Positions 34,144 through 43,223 of a stretch of DNA of 64,000 nucleotides are shown one piece after another. The notes under the pieces are model-generated. The model had not been told where the DNA came from, made no database searches, and saw only the letters and a program-made list of their open reading frames with translations. The stretch spans positions 36,520-100,519 of the IMG/VR virus record IMGVR_UViG_3300049844_000277; one strand, given 5' to 3'. Source of the stretch: a virus. The stretch's first letter is position 1. Each line of letters starts with the position of its first letter. A program made the translations under genes and the position numbers.

Positions 34144-37100
34144 GTGCCCACAACCCGAGGAGCTCTCATGGAGAAGCCCGCAGAAATCTGCAGCGGATGT
34201 CCTCGAGAAATCGAGACAGAGACCCATCCCTACGGTTATGTTGAATCGTGGATTGATTCAAACGCCGAACTCATCATCATAGCGGAAGCTCCTGTCTGCG
34301 ATCGCCACGGTAACGTTCCTAGCTCTTTCGACGATGACAGCGGTAAAATCATTCGAACCGCCGTATCCGAGCTACGTAACTTACCTTCGCACAGTAAGCT
34401 AGCGGTCTCGTATACGTACGCAGTACTCTGTACAAGCAACCAGGGCGACAAAGACCCCGAAAAAGCCGTACTGCAACGGTGCCGTACGCTGCTCCAAGCT
34501 GACTTACGTCGCGCAAACAAGAACGCCGTCCTGCTGGTAATGGGTATGTCTGCCCTTCGCGCACTAGAAATAAAAGCCGCGAAGTTGAAGGACATGCAGG
34601 GGCGATTACTCCAAAAGCAGAAAATTGGAGAAGGTGATGACGCTCCGATATTCGATGTCGTCGTAACCGTCTCGACAAAACAGTTGTTCGCGATGCCGGG
34701 AATCTACACGACGTTCGTAGCGGACCTGCGACGAGCTGCGGACGCTGCGAGCGCAGGTGGATTAACACACGTTACCCCACTCGAAAAACTAACCGAAAAA
34801 TACGTAATCCCGAAAACAATCGAAGAAGTACGCCAAATCTGTCGCGAAATACTGAATTATCAAGAAGGTAAAGTATCTGCAGATAACTGGCCTATCTCTG
34901 TAGACACCGAGACAAACACCAAGTTTCCACACCGAGAAAACTTGAAAGTATTGGCGGTGTCCTTCGCATGGGCGGAGGGTAAAGCTACTGCAATTCCATT
35001 AGAGCACCCCACTACACCCTACGCGTACCAAGACGCGATACCGTACGTACGCGAAGTCTTAGCGAGCAAGAAGCCGAAGTTCCTTCATAATGCTAAGTTC
35101 GACCTTAAAGTCTTCATGAAAGCGGGCTGGCCGATTAACGGGTTCGCTTGGGATAGCATGCTAGGGGAACATGCTCTCGAAGAAGATAAAAAGGGACAGT
35201 ACGGATTAAAGCAGTTGACCCGTACTTTCTTCCCGGAATTCGCGACATACGCCGACTCTCTTCAAGAAATGCTCACGCACGAAGAGGGCGACTCGCAGCT
35301 CGACAACCTGAGGAAAGCGCCAAAAGCTTCAACTTCGAAAGATGGGGGATTTGAAAGTATCCCACTTCCCACGCTATTGCTTTATGCGGCAGTCGATGCA
35401 GATATGACACGGCGGCTAGTGTTACTGCAGGAAAAAAGAATTACCGACGAGCAGAACAGAGTAATCGTAGAAACGAATATAACGAAGAGAGAGCAGGCGC
35501 TGGCGATTTCGGCGAGGAAGAAAATACGGCTGAGAATTGCGCCGCTACATAGTGAGACGGAGATGTTGAAGAAGTACATGGTGCTCTACCCCGTCCCAGA
35601 ACTCTGTTCCGCTGATAAGCCGGTAAGACAACTAGTACTGAACAACGTATTCCCCGTTACCCCAGCTCTCGCGAGAATGGAGTTTAAGGGCATACGGATA
35701 GACAGACCGTACCTAACTACGTTGCGTGAAGCGTTGGGAAAAGTCGTCACAGAAACCGCTGCAGAGCTACAGGATATGGCGGGCAGAGAGATAACTCTCA
35801 ATAGTCCGGCAGAGATAGCTGAAATCCTGTTCAACAGCGGGTTTATACATCCAACAACTCACGCCCCCACGACTTATCCCCTCACAGGCATCGGTAAGAC
35901 AAAAACGGGACAGATACAAACCACCGAGAAAGTGATGCAGTACTTGGTGGCGAAGTATCAGTGCCCCTTTGCAGCTAAAAAACTAATCTACGCCAAGGCA
36001 TATAAAGCGAAAAATACGTTCTGTCAGAATGTGTGGGATCTCTCGGAGCTCGACGGGTATCTACACACGAACTACAACCAGCACGGCACAAATTCGGGTA
36101 GACTGTCCTGTGTCGCGGGAGAAACCGTACTAGATACTAATTACGGAAAAATCGAGATACAGAATCTCGATCTGGAGAAGATGCCGGGGATTACCATCCA
36201 GACCCACGAACTCCGCGAACAACCGATTCTACGTAAAATAGAAAAAGGCATTGAAGAAATGTTCGAGGTCGAACTCGAAGACGGGCGCACCATCACCGTG
36301 ACTAAAAAACATCGCTTCTTGACGCCGACGGGGTGGAAACGACTCGAGGAACTGTCAGAAAATGCCGAAATACTCTGCGCCGCCTCCGTGGGTAGTGGAC
36401 CAAATATGCGACTCGTTACAACCCGGATAAAAAGCATACGTCCCGTAGGTCCTAAGAAAGTCTGGGACCTCACAGTAGCGGTCGATCACTCTTACATCGC
36501 CCACGGATTTGTTAACAAAAATTCCAACGATGAAAACATGCAAAACATCCCCAAGAAATTGGCGGGTGTTAACATTAAGAAAGTGTTCCTCCCGGACGAT
36601 GATTCGTATGTCTTCGTCAACGCTGATGCGAAGGGTGCCGAAGTACGAATCCTAACCGCCTACTGCCGAGACCAAGCGCTCATACAATCGCTCAACGCGG
36701 GGCAGGACACGCATTGTTTCATCGCGTCCAAGATTGTTGAAATCGTACGTCAGAGTCCTGGTGCAACGGCGGTTCTCGGAAGCATGAATCTAAGCGATGA
36801 GTATCCTCTGACGTACGAAGACTTCGCGGCTAGAGACAAGCTAAAAGAAACCAATAGTAAGTACGGGGCGATGCTCGACAAATTCAGAACCGCTGTCAAA
36901 CGCGTAGTGTTCGGTATTCTGTACGGCGCCGGTCCTCAGAAAATTGCGGAAACTATTGGTATCAGTCTAGAGCAAGCACAACAGCTCATTCACACTCTGT
37001 TCGCTTTGTTTCCGTCCATCAAGACGTACATGGCGCAGACAAAGTGGGAACTACAACAATTTAATTTAGTCGAAACGTTCTTCGGTAGACGCCGTAGATT

Positions 37101-37527
37101 TAGTGTATCGGGAGCGCCGAAGTATCAAATAGGGAGAGCTGAACGTCAGACAGTTAATTTTAAAATCCAAAGCACAAGCTCTGATATCGTAATGGGACGA
37201 TTACTAGCAATCGAAGAACCTCTCAAAGATTTGGGAGGTAGACTTCTATTGACAGTGCACGACAGCCTTGGGTTTCAAATCAAGAAAAAATATATCCGAC
37301 AGCTACCTGATTTCATTTATACGTATTTGGAGAAGGGTGCAGCAGACGCCCATCCATGGCTCCCAGTCGCATTTAAATGGGACTACGAAGTTGGGTCATC
37401 ATACGGCGAACTCAAATCACTGGAATCCTACCTTGCCAACACGAAAATAGAGGAATACTCGAACGATGCCTACGTCGCCGAGGCTTTCACAGAAGAAGAC
37501 GCAAGAACCTCCCTCTCCGAACCCTGA
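34144..37527 (+). CDS. polA: Family A DNA polymerase (Pol I-like) with a 3'-5' exonuclease domain, interrupted by a mini-intein.
   Basis: - Exo I: ISVDTETN.
- Exo III: YAAVDADMTRRL.
- Pre-motif A GRLS//SNDENMQNIP matches GRLSSSDPNLQNIP.
- Motif A: FVNADAKGAEVRIL.
- Motif B: RTAVKRVVFGILYGAG.
- Motif C: LLTVHDS. Confidence 0.9.
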   Translation: MPTTRGALMEKPAEICSGCPREIETETHPYGYVESWIDSNAELIIIAEAPVCDRHGNVPSSFDDDSGKIIRTAVSELRNLPSHSKLAVSYTYAVLCTSNQGDKDPEKAVLQRCRTLLQADLRRANKNAVLLVMGMSALRALEIKAAKLKDMQGRLLQKQKIGEGDDAPIFDVVVTVSTKQLFAMPGIYTTFVADLRRAADAASAGGLTHVTPLEKLTEKYVIPKTIEEVRQICREILNYQEGKVSADNWPISVDTETNTKFPHRENLKVLAVSFAWAEGKATAIPLEHPTTPYAYQDAIPYVREVLASKKPKFLHNAKFDLKVFMKAGWPINGFAWDSMLGEHALEEDKKGQYGLKQLTRTFFPEFATYADSLQEMLTHEEGDSQLDNLRKAPKASTSKDGGFESIPLPTLLLYAAVDADMTRRLVLLQEKRITDEQNRVIVETNITKREQALAISARKKIRLRIAPLHSETEMLKKYMVLYPVPELCSADKPVRQLVLNNVFPVTPALARMEFKGIRIDRPYLTTLREALGKVVTETAAELQDMAGREITLNSPAEIAEILFNSGFIHPTTHAPTTYPLTGIGKTKTGQIQTTEKVMQYLVAKYQCPFAAKKLIYAKAYKAKNTFCQNVWDLSELDGYLHTNYNQHGTNSGRLSCVAGETVLDTNYGKIEIQNLDLEKMPGITIQTHELREQPILRKIEKGIEEMFEVELEDGRTITVTKKHRFLTPTGWKRLEELSENAEILCAASVGSGPNMRLVTTRIKSIRPVGPKKVWDLTVAVDHSYIAHGFVNKNSNDENMQNIPKKLAGVNIKKVFLPDDDSYVFVNADAKGAEVRILTAYCRDQALIQSLNAGQDTHCFIASKIVEIVRQSPGATAVLGSMNLSDEYPLTYEDFAARDKLKETNSKYGAMLDKFRTAVKRVVFGILYGAGPQKIAETIGISLEQAQQLIHTLFALFPSIKTYMAQTKWELQQFNLVETFFGRRRRFSVSGAPKYQIGRAERQTVNFKIQSTSSDIVMGRLLAIEEPLKDLGGRLLLTVHDSLGFQIKKKYIRQLPDFIYTYLEKGAADAHPWLPVAFKWDYEVGSSYGELKSLESYLANTKIEEYSNDAYVAEAFTEEDARTSLSEP
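36109..36522 (+). mobile_element. Intein 5: mini-intein (138 aa, no endonuclease domain) in the DNA polymerase.
   Basis: - Starts CVAGETVLDTNYGKIEI.
- Ends VWDLTVAVDHSYIAHGFVNKN with +1 Ser.
- Boundaries codon-verified (tgt at 36109 = Cys; aat at 36520-36522 = Asn). Confidence 0.8.
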
Positions 37528-37792
37528 TGTGGTAGTGCACACGCCTCTAGCGCTACACACCAAGAACCTCAAAGAAGCTGTAGGTACCCTCGTCATCTTT
37601 TACCTCGTAAACAACGGAAGACCTCTTCGAGGAATTTTGTTGGAATATGACGATGAGACAGTAGTTATCGCTCCTAAAACTACAATTCCCCGCGAAAAGA
37701 TAGTAGCCTTCTATCAGGCCAAAAATGCTCCTCCCAAAAACAAAGAAGTTCCAAGATCTTCTGTTCGTCGATACAGAAACGACGGGACTTGA
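37466..37792 (+). CDS. Small hypothetical ORF overlapping the Pol end and the exonuclease start. A GTG start near 37529 is possible.
   Basis: ORF only, with overlaps on both sides. Confidence 0.3.
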   Translation: MPTSPRLSQKKTQEPPSPNPDVVVHTPLALHTKNLKEAVGTLVIFYLVNNGRPLRGILLEYDDETVVIAPKTTIPREKIVAFYQAKNAPPKNKEVPRSSVRRYRNDGT

Positions 37793-38297
37793 CCCTACTA
37801 AGCATGAGATACTCGAGGTCGCGGCGATACGTACAACGCCTGATGCGAAGCAGGTGCTGACGACGTATCACGCGAAAATAAAGCCACTACGTATCGAAAC
37901 CGCGGAACCAAAGGCTCTTGAGATAAACAAGTATTCCGCGGAGGAGTGGACCTTTGACAAGTGCGTCAATCCTGAGGTTGTGGTAAGAGCCCTAATGGCT
38001 ATGTCGCACAATACGGTGCTAGTAGGGCACAACGTATCGTTCGATGAGGGATTTCTTACGGCTTTATTGCGTCAATTCTACGCGACAGTTCCGTGGGGAT
38101 ACCATAAGATCGATACAGTCGCACTCGCGTGGCCCCTATTCATGTACACTCCCGCTGAAGGAGTGAGCTTAGAAAAGGTTTGTAGATATCTCGGTACTAC
38201 AAACAAACCTGAGCATCGAGCAATGAACGATGCCCTCGCGTGCAGGGATGTGTATTTAAGTCTGATGTCTCGTTGGGAAAAAGCTTGTGAAGCGTAA
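37725..38297 (+). CDS. DnaQ-like DEDDh 3'-5' exonuclease.
   Basis: - Exo I: LLFVDTETTGLDP.
- Exo II: LVGHNVSFDEGFL.
- Exo III: HRAMNDALACRDVY. Confidence 0.8.
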   Translation: MLLPKTKKFQDLLFVDTETTGLDPTKHEILEVAAIRTTPDAKQVLTTYHAKIKPLRIETAEPKALEINKYSAEEWTFDKCVNPEVVVRALMAMSHNTVLVGHNVSFDEGFLTALLRQFYATVPWGYHKIDTVALAWPLFMYTPAEGVSLEKVCRYLGTTNKPEHRAMNDALACRDVYLSLMSRWEKACEA

Positions 38298-38333
38298 CCT
38301 GTAGATACGTAAAATCTTTGTTCCAGTACATCT

Positions 38334-38355
38334 GGAGTCAGCGTAGCGCTGACAT
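38334..38355. repeat. Palindrome-containing repeat, copy 1 (ggagtcagcgtagcgctgacat; hairpin gtcagcg-tag-cgctgac).
   Basis: Seen directly. A second near-identical copy lies 174 bp downstream. Flanking similarity extends the repeat to about 30 bp. Confidence 0.6.
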
Positions 38356-38507
38356 GCTTCCCAGAGCTCTTAGTTTGGTAGCCTAGCTAACAAATATAAG
38401 GTCAATGGCCGCCGGGGAAAAATGAACTCCCTGAACCCCACCGAGCTCGAGCAAACAATAAATATATAGTAGAACATAGAAAGATCTTTCCTGCCCGGTA
38501 CCATTTC

Positions 38508-38529
38508 GGAGTCAGCGTAGTGCTGACAT
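38508..38529. repeat. Palindrome-containing repeat, copy 2 (ggagtcagcgtagtgctgacat).
   Basis: One mismatch relative to copy 1. Both copies lie in the 496-bp convergent intergenic region between the exonuclease gene and terminase. Confidence 0.6.
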
Positions 38530-38772
38530 ATGGCCCGATGTTAGCGCGAAGCCTAGCTTCAAGCTAAGAGAAGGTCATTATGGGCCGCCTCCGCCTCAAG
38601 GGCAATATCCTTAAGTATGTGGCGCCTATATTGGACATTCCGCGGAATCATAGAACTAAGAGGAAAGACGTAGGGAGCGTAGGGATTCGAGCTGTAAACA
38701 CAGCGCCCGCGTAGTGCGGGCAGCCGTAAGCTGTTCAGATAAGCTATGAGATAAGCTTGAAATCAACCATAT

Positions 38773-38787
38773 CCTCACTGAATGAGG
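38773..38787 (-). terminator. Possible weak terminator hairpin (cctca-ctgaa-tgagg) 7 nt downstream of the terminase stop.
   Basis: 5-bp stem, then a U-containing tract on the minus-strand transcript (UUGAUUUC). Weak evidence. Confidence 0.3.
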
Positions 38788-38793
38788 AATCCC

Positions 38794-40398
38794 TTACGCG
38801 TAGAATTTCAGGTCATTAGACACAAGCTTATGTGCAAACCATCCGAACAGTTGTGCATGAAGACAATCGTCAGGTAATTGGGGACTGTGTCGCCAAACCT
38901 TTTTACCTGACGACGTAACTTCTTCATAGACGTTCAGAATATCTTTAATCGCTTCACGTGATTCTTCTCGTGGCGGATATACAACCGAACCCCGCTTCAG
39001 AAACATGAGATAGTTATCAATCATCGTCGTGCGGTCAGCGAGATACCTGTCCAAGCCATTGTGCTTTATCGGCTGACCTAACGCTCCGTACTGCATCATG
39101 TGCACGCGGTGAGCGCCTAGACGGTCTCGTAGCGTCGCATTAGGTAGTGCGCCTTCGCCAGCGTCACCGATGACCATCGCAACAGCGTAATGCTGGCAAA
39201 TCGCAGCGATATTCTCGACATCTGCGACGGCGTTGCTTCCTGGGTAAATTCGGAAGTAGAGCGTACGTAACTTCTGTGTTGCGGGATGAAAGCCCCACAC
39301 CCATAGGACCGTACGGCTAACGCCCGTCGTTCCGCCGCCCGACCAATCAACGCCGGCAACAGTAATCGAACAGCCTTCCAAATTTTTACCTGGCGTAGGG
39401 GATATCTGGGGGCCTGTGCACAGTGCTTCGAGCTCCTCCAGTGAAATAAGTCTACGACCTACGGCATCTGATACACCCAAGACCTCATTGCGGAACTTAG
39501 CCGCGGAAAACATGTCATGGTCACGGAGGATATCATCCCAACGCGCCTGAGCGTCCTCGACTGCACTCGGCTTTTCGGGCGTATTTTTTACACACGACGG
39601 GATGTTCAGCGGCATAATCAATTGAGAAATGTGAAAGCCTTTAATGGAGTGTTTTCCAGTACCCTTGTCGGCAATACGCATATCGATCCACTGCCCTGCG
39701 CGGGGATTTAAAACCTTCCCACAATTAAGACAAATGGGGCCGTGTTTACCGAGAGACTTCTCACTAATAACGAAGTTGTATTTACTACACCCCTCGCACT
39801 TCATCACCCATTCGCTCTGAGAAGACTGATCCCACAAAAATTGAATGGAGTTCTCCATAGTTTTCGGAGTTCCGGCGTAAGTTTCGAACCGGTACGCGGA
39901 ATTCTTCATACACGCCAAAATTACGGGAATGACACTGTCGTATAATACGTCCTGTACTTCGTCAAACAAACAACGGTCAGCGGAAAAACCACGCGCACGA
40001 TCCGCGTCATCGGTCGCGTACGTGAACCCGTTCTCTGACCCGTTCGTATACGACCGATGTAATACGCGATCCGCGTGATCTGGAGATAAGAAGTATTTCT
40101 TAATCAACGGCGAATACGACAATGTTTTACCAACACGCGTGTTAGAGAACAAGAGAGTTTGCTCGCGTGAAGGACTGGAATAGTAACTCTTGAAAAATGG
40201 GCGAGAAACAGATTCAGATATAATAAAGTTAGCCAGAGATGTGCTTTTACTGACCTGACGCGCAGTCATCAGAAGCGTCGATTTATAACCTCCGTCATAT
40301 ATCGATTTGAAAAATGGATAGTCTGTAAGACTAAAGGGAGCGCCGTCTAGCCATAATAGACGCTCAGCCACTTCCGAAAGACGTTTACTTCCAATCAC
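38794..40398 (-). CDS. terL: Terminase large subunit (ATPase + nuclease).
   Basis: - Walker A-like: TARQVSKSTSL.
- Walker B: RCLFDEVQDV.
- C-terminal RNase-H-like nuclease region: VAGVDWSGGGT.
- Overall 534-aa architecture typical of TerL. Confidence 0.8.
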   Translation of the reverse strand: MIGSKRLSEVAERLLWLDGAPFSLTDYPFFKSIYDGGYKSTLLMTARQVSKSTSLANFIISESVSRPFFKSYYSSPSREQTLLFSNTRVGKTLSYSPLIKKYFLSPDHADRVLHRSYTNGSENGFTYATDDADRARGFSADRCLFDEVQDVLYDSVIPVILACMKNSAYRFETYAGTPKTMENSIQFLWDQSSQSEWVMKCEGCSKYNFVISEKSLGKHGPICLNCGKVLNPRAGQWIDMRIADKGTGKHSIKGFHISQLIMPLNIPSCVKNTPEKPSAVEDAQARWDDILRDHDMFSAAKFRNEVLGVSDAVGRRLISLEELEALCTGPQISPTPGKNLEGCSITVAGVDWSGGGTTGVSRTVLWVWGFHPATQKLRTLYFRIYPGSNAVADVENIAAICQHYAVAMVIGDAGEGALPNATLRDRLGAHRVHMMQYGALGQPIKHNGLDRYLADRTTMIDNYLMFLKRGSVVYPPREESREAIKDILNVYEEVTSSGKKVWRHSPQLPDDCLHAQLFGWFAHKLVSNDLKFYA

Positions 40399-40426
40399 AA
40401 GTTAAACCGTGGTAGGAAATGATTAA

Positions 40427-40627
40427 ATGAGCAACGTTGGACAGGAAAAAACTGTACAAGGCGAAAATTATTGGGACCGCTGCGTTATGCCACGGATTAC
40501 TCCGTACGAAGGATCGACTCTAAGCGTAGCATATAAGTGTTTCGAACTAGCCTGTAGAATCACACGATCCTTTCAACGCAAAAACATTCTTAGCGATAGT
40601 AGCGAATACGTAAGGGTCCTCGTGTAG
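40427..40627 (+). pseudogene. Gene fragment: diverged duplicate of the N-terminus of the 41213..42496 ATPase gene, overlapping the 3' end of the HNH gene on the other strand.
   Basis: MSNVGQEKTVQGENYWDRCVMPRITPYEGS versus MSNTAQNSVATTESYWDKYGIPRVTLHEA (start of 41213). Confidence 0.35.
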
Positions 40628-41185
40628 TAAGCCGAAAGCAGCATTACAATTACCGTGCGCTAACCCCCGAACAACGCCTGTAGTGTGGTCATGGTCAATT
40701 TTCGGAACCTCAAAAAGAGGGCGATCGCATAACCAACAACGTCCCGACTGAGCGATAAGTAACGTATGCCATCGGGAAAGAGTTAGTCCGTAGGTGTGAC
40801 GTGCACGGTGTCCTGGATTAGCGAGACGCCACGCTTTTGTACGCGCTTTCGCCGTTGCCGAATTAGCACGGTAGTACGCAGCTTGATACTCTCTAATCTT
40901 ATCGCGGTTACTAGCGTAATATTTCGAAGCACGAGCCTTTACTTTCTGCGGATTAGCTTTACGGTAGTCAGCTCTTTGTAATCGGATCTCTTCCGCGTGC
41001 TCCTCCCTATAATTCTTACTGTACTTCTTAATCCGAGGCGCATTCTTCTTACTATATTTTTTCTGCTGTGCGCGAATTTCCTCACGATGCGCGTAATAGT
41101 ACTGAGCCGCCAATATTCTCGAGCAGGGCGCGCATCGCCCATCTTTGCGTTTCTCCGTACTCCCACACTTGTTACATTTTCCCAT
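40547..41185 (-). CDS. HNH endonuclease, adjacent to terminase, with a basic repetitive N-terminus.
   Basis: CWLCDRPLFEVPKIDHDHTTGVVRGLAHGNCNAAFG (HNH core). N-terminal CNKCGS...C zinc ribbon. KKYSKKN...KKYSKNYREEH repeats. Confidence 0.75.
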   Translation of the reverse strand: MGKCNKCGSTEKRKDGRCAPCSRILAAQYYYAHREEIRAQQKKYSKKNAPRIKKYSKNYREEHAEEIRLQRADYRKANPQKVKARASKYYASNRDKIREYQAAYYRANSATAKARTKAWRLANPGHRARHTYGLTLSRWHTLLIAQSGRCWLCDRPLFEVPKIDHDHTTGVVRGLAHGNCNAAFGLLHEDPYVFATIAKNVFALKGSCDSTG

Positions 41186-41212
41186 TTACACAATATACAC
41201 TAGAGCAAACAT

Positions 41213-42496
41213 ATGAGCAATACCGCGCAAAACAGCGTAGCCACCACAGAAAGTTATTGGGATAAGTACGGGATTCCTAGAGTAACACTTCACGAAGCCC
41301 TTGCACAAATTGAACTCTCCATTATCTACAATCAAACAAGAGGAGTTTTTTGTTTAATCTCAGAAGCTGGAGAAGGAAAATCGCAAGGAATTCACCAACT
41401 AGCTCGAAAACACCGAAGGCGTGTGGTGGACATCCGAACATCGCAATTTTCTATGATTGGCGCAGGTGTTCCCCAGAGAGCAGACGAAACAGGGCACTTC
41501 AAAATCGCCATCCCAAATGATTACCCGAAACCGGGAGAAAAGTGCCTACTAGTATTCGATGAAATCAACCAAGGGCAACAACACGCCGTAGCGCTATTTT
41601 TCAAACTATTGGAAGATCGAGGAATCTACGACTACACACTCCCCAACGATTGCATCATCGTTGCTTTGATGAACCCCTCGACCGCGAACTACTCAGTCAC
41701 TAAAATTGAAACTAATTCAGCTTTTAACAGACGACTACAAAAACTCTACGTATACAACACTTTCTCCGATTGGAAGAAGCACGCACAAACAAACGACTTC
41801 CACTACACAGATGGGCTTCAGAAGCCCTGCCATCCGATGGTTGTACGGTTGCTCACAGCTACTCCCGCCATGCTGTATACCGCCAAGGATAGAGACGGGA
41901 ATAAGCAGTATGCCTGTCCCGCAACCTGGCAGACCGTATCTCTGTCGCTCTACAACCTCGCCGATGCGGGCGTGGACCTCACAAGTGAGCGAGCGGAGAA
42001 TCGAATCGCCGCGTCTATCAATATCGTCAACGCGCGGATGCTCGTGGAGTTCATCAAGAACAACGAGATACTCATCGGCCCGGAAGAAGTTCTGTTCAAG
42101 TACAAGCCGAAGAGCAAGCTTCGAGAGCGAGTGCTCGAAATACAAAAGGAGCCCGGCGGTACGTACACGCAGCTCGTAGAAGATGTCGCGCAATACATCT
42201 TCCGCGAGAGACCGGAAGCCGAAGTCATCGCGCCCAACCTCGTTCAGTTCTGGCACGATATGCCGGTCGAACAAGCGCAGCCGTTCTACCAAATGCTAGA
42301 TGCTGCCTGTCAGGCACACGGCGGTATCAAGGAGCCCAAGAACGTTCAGTACATGCAGGCGCTCACCACCGCGAATCGTCAGTATCCGCTGTGGAAAGAA
42401 ATCAACGACAGAATCAACCGCATTCACGACGAGGTCGAGAAGAAGATTCATGGGCGAGGGGTCGGGAAAGACCCCATGCTCAGTGCTCAAATGTAG
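41213..42496 (+). CDS. AAA+ ATPase, MoxR/AAA_5-like.
   Basis: Walker A LISEAGEGKSQG. Walker B LLVFDEINQG. Sensor IIVALMNPS. Confidence 0.75.
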   Translation: MSNTAQNSVATTESYWDKYGIPRVTLHEALAQIELSIIYNQTRGVFCLISEAGEGKSQGIHQLARKHRRRVVDIRTSQFSMIGAGVPQRADETGHFKIAIPNDYPKPGEKCLLVFDEINQGQQHAVALFFKLLEDRGIYDYTLPNDCIIVALMNPSTANYSVTKIETNSAFNRRLQKLYVYNTFSDWKKHAQTNDFHYTDGLQKPCHPMVVRLLTATPAMLYTAKDRDGNKQYACPATWQTVSLSLYNLADAGVDLTSERAENRIAASINIVNARMLVEFIKNNEILIGPEEVLFKYKPKSKLRERVLEIQKEPGGTYTQLVEDVAQYIFRERPEAEVIAPNLVQFWHDMPVEQAQPFYQMLDAACQAHGGIKEPKNVQYMQALTTANRQYPLWKEINDRINRIHDEVEKKIHGRGVGKDPMLSAQM

Positions 42497-43223
42497 CGAG
42501 CTCTCGACGCAGATGCTTGGTTCTATCTTCGACGTAACGCCAAGCAACAGCTAACCGGCCAAGCTGCGCCCCCAAGGCGGAAATATCGAACGTACGTGCT
42601 TTTCGTTCGAGCTCCTCCTTGGGGAGCGCTTGCCAAGCCGCTTCGGTTTCTTTTTGAAGCACTAAGGAATCCGCGCTCAATTTACTCGTCAACTCTTCCA
42701 ACGCGAATCCCAAGCCGACGGGTGGAAGTACTAGTCCCTCGTCGAAGAGAGATACACCGACGTACGCAGCGACGCTCTCGTCATATTCAGGTCGAGTAGA
42801 TTCACCATCAGTCAGCGCAAACAAGAGCTCCGCCTCAAAAGCGGCCCACGCCATCTGCGCTGAATCACACTTCGGCACGTCGTTCGGACTTACCATCTCC
42901 TGCGTCAAGGCGTGCGTCGTTGCGCCGAATACGCGGTAATCCCAGTAAAAGCTGGGAGTCAGCGCGAGCGCAACACCCGCCATTAATTTATCTCGATTCG
43001 AGGTGTGGATGGGTAGTTCGTGCCATAGCGTTTCAGGCTCGTAAGCCGTGAAATGTGGACCCAGTAAATAACGGGCTGATACAAGTAAGGCTGTTGCAGA
43101 CGTATCTGCGTTTTGTAGCAACTCTTTAGCGGTCTGCTCGTGTACGGACGTAGGGATGCGGAAATATGCCGCATAGGCTTCCTTTACTGCGAGACGTTGT
43201 AGCTCAGAAAGCGTCATCGACAA
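42480..43223 (-). CDS. Hypothetical protein (247 aa).
   Basis: ORF. Confidence 0.5.
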   Translation of the reverse strand: MSMTLSELQRLAVKEAYAAYFRIPTSVHEQTAKELLQNADTSATALLVSARYLLGPHFTAYEPETLWHELPIHTSNRDKLMAGVALALTPSFYWDYRVFGATTHALTQEMVSPNDVPKCDSAQMAWAAFEAELLFALTDGESTRPEYDESVAAYVGVSLFDEGLVLPPVGLGFALEELTSKLSADSLVLQKETEAAWQALPKEELERKARTFDISALGAQLGRLAVAWRYVEDRTKHLRRELATFEH

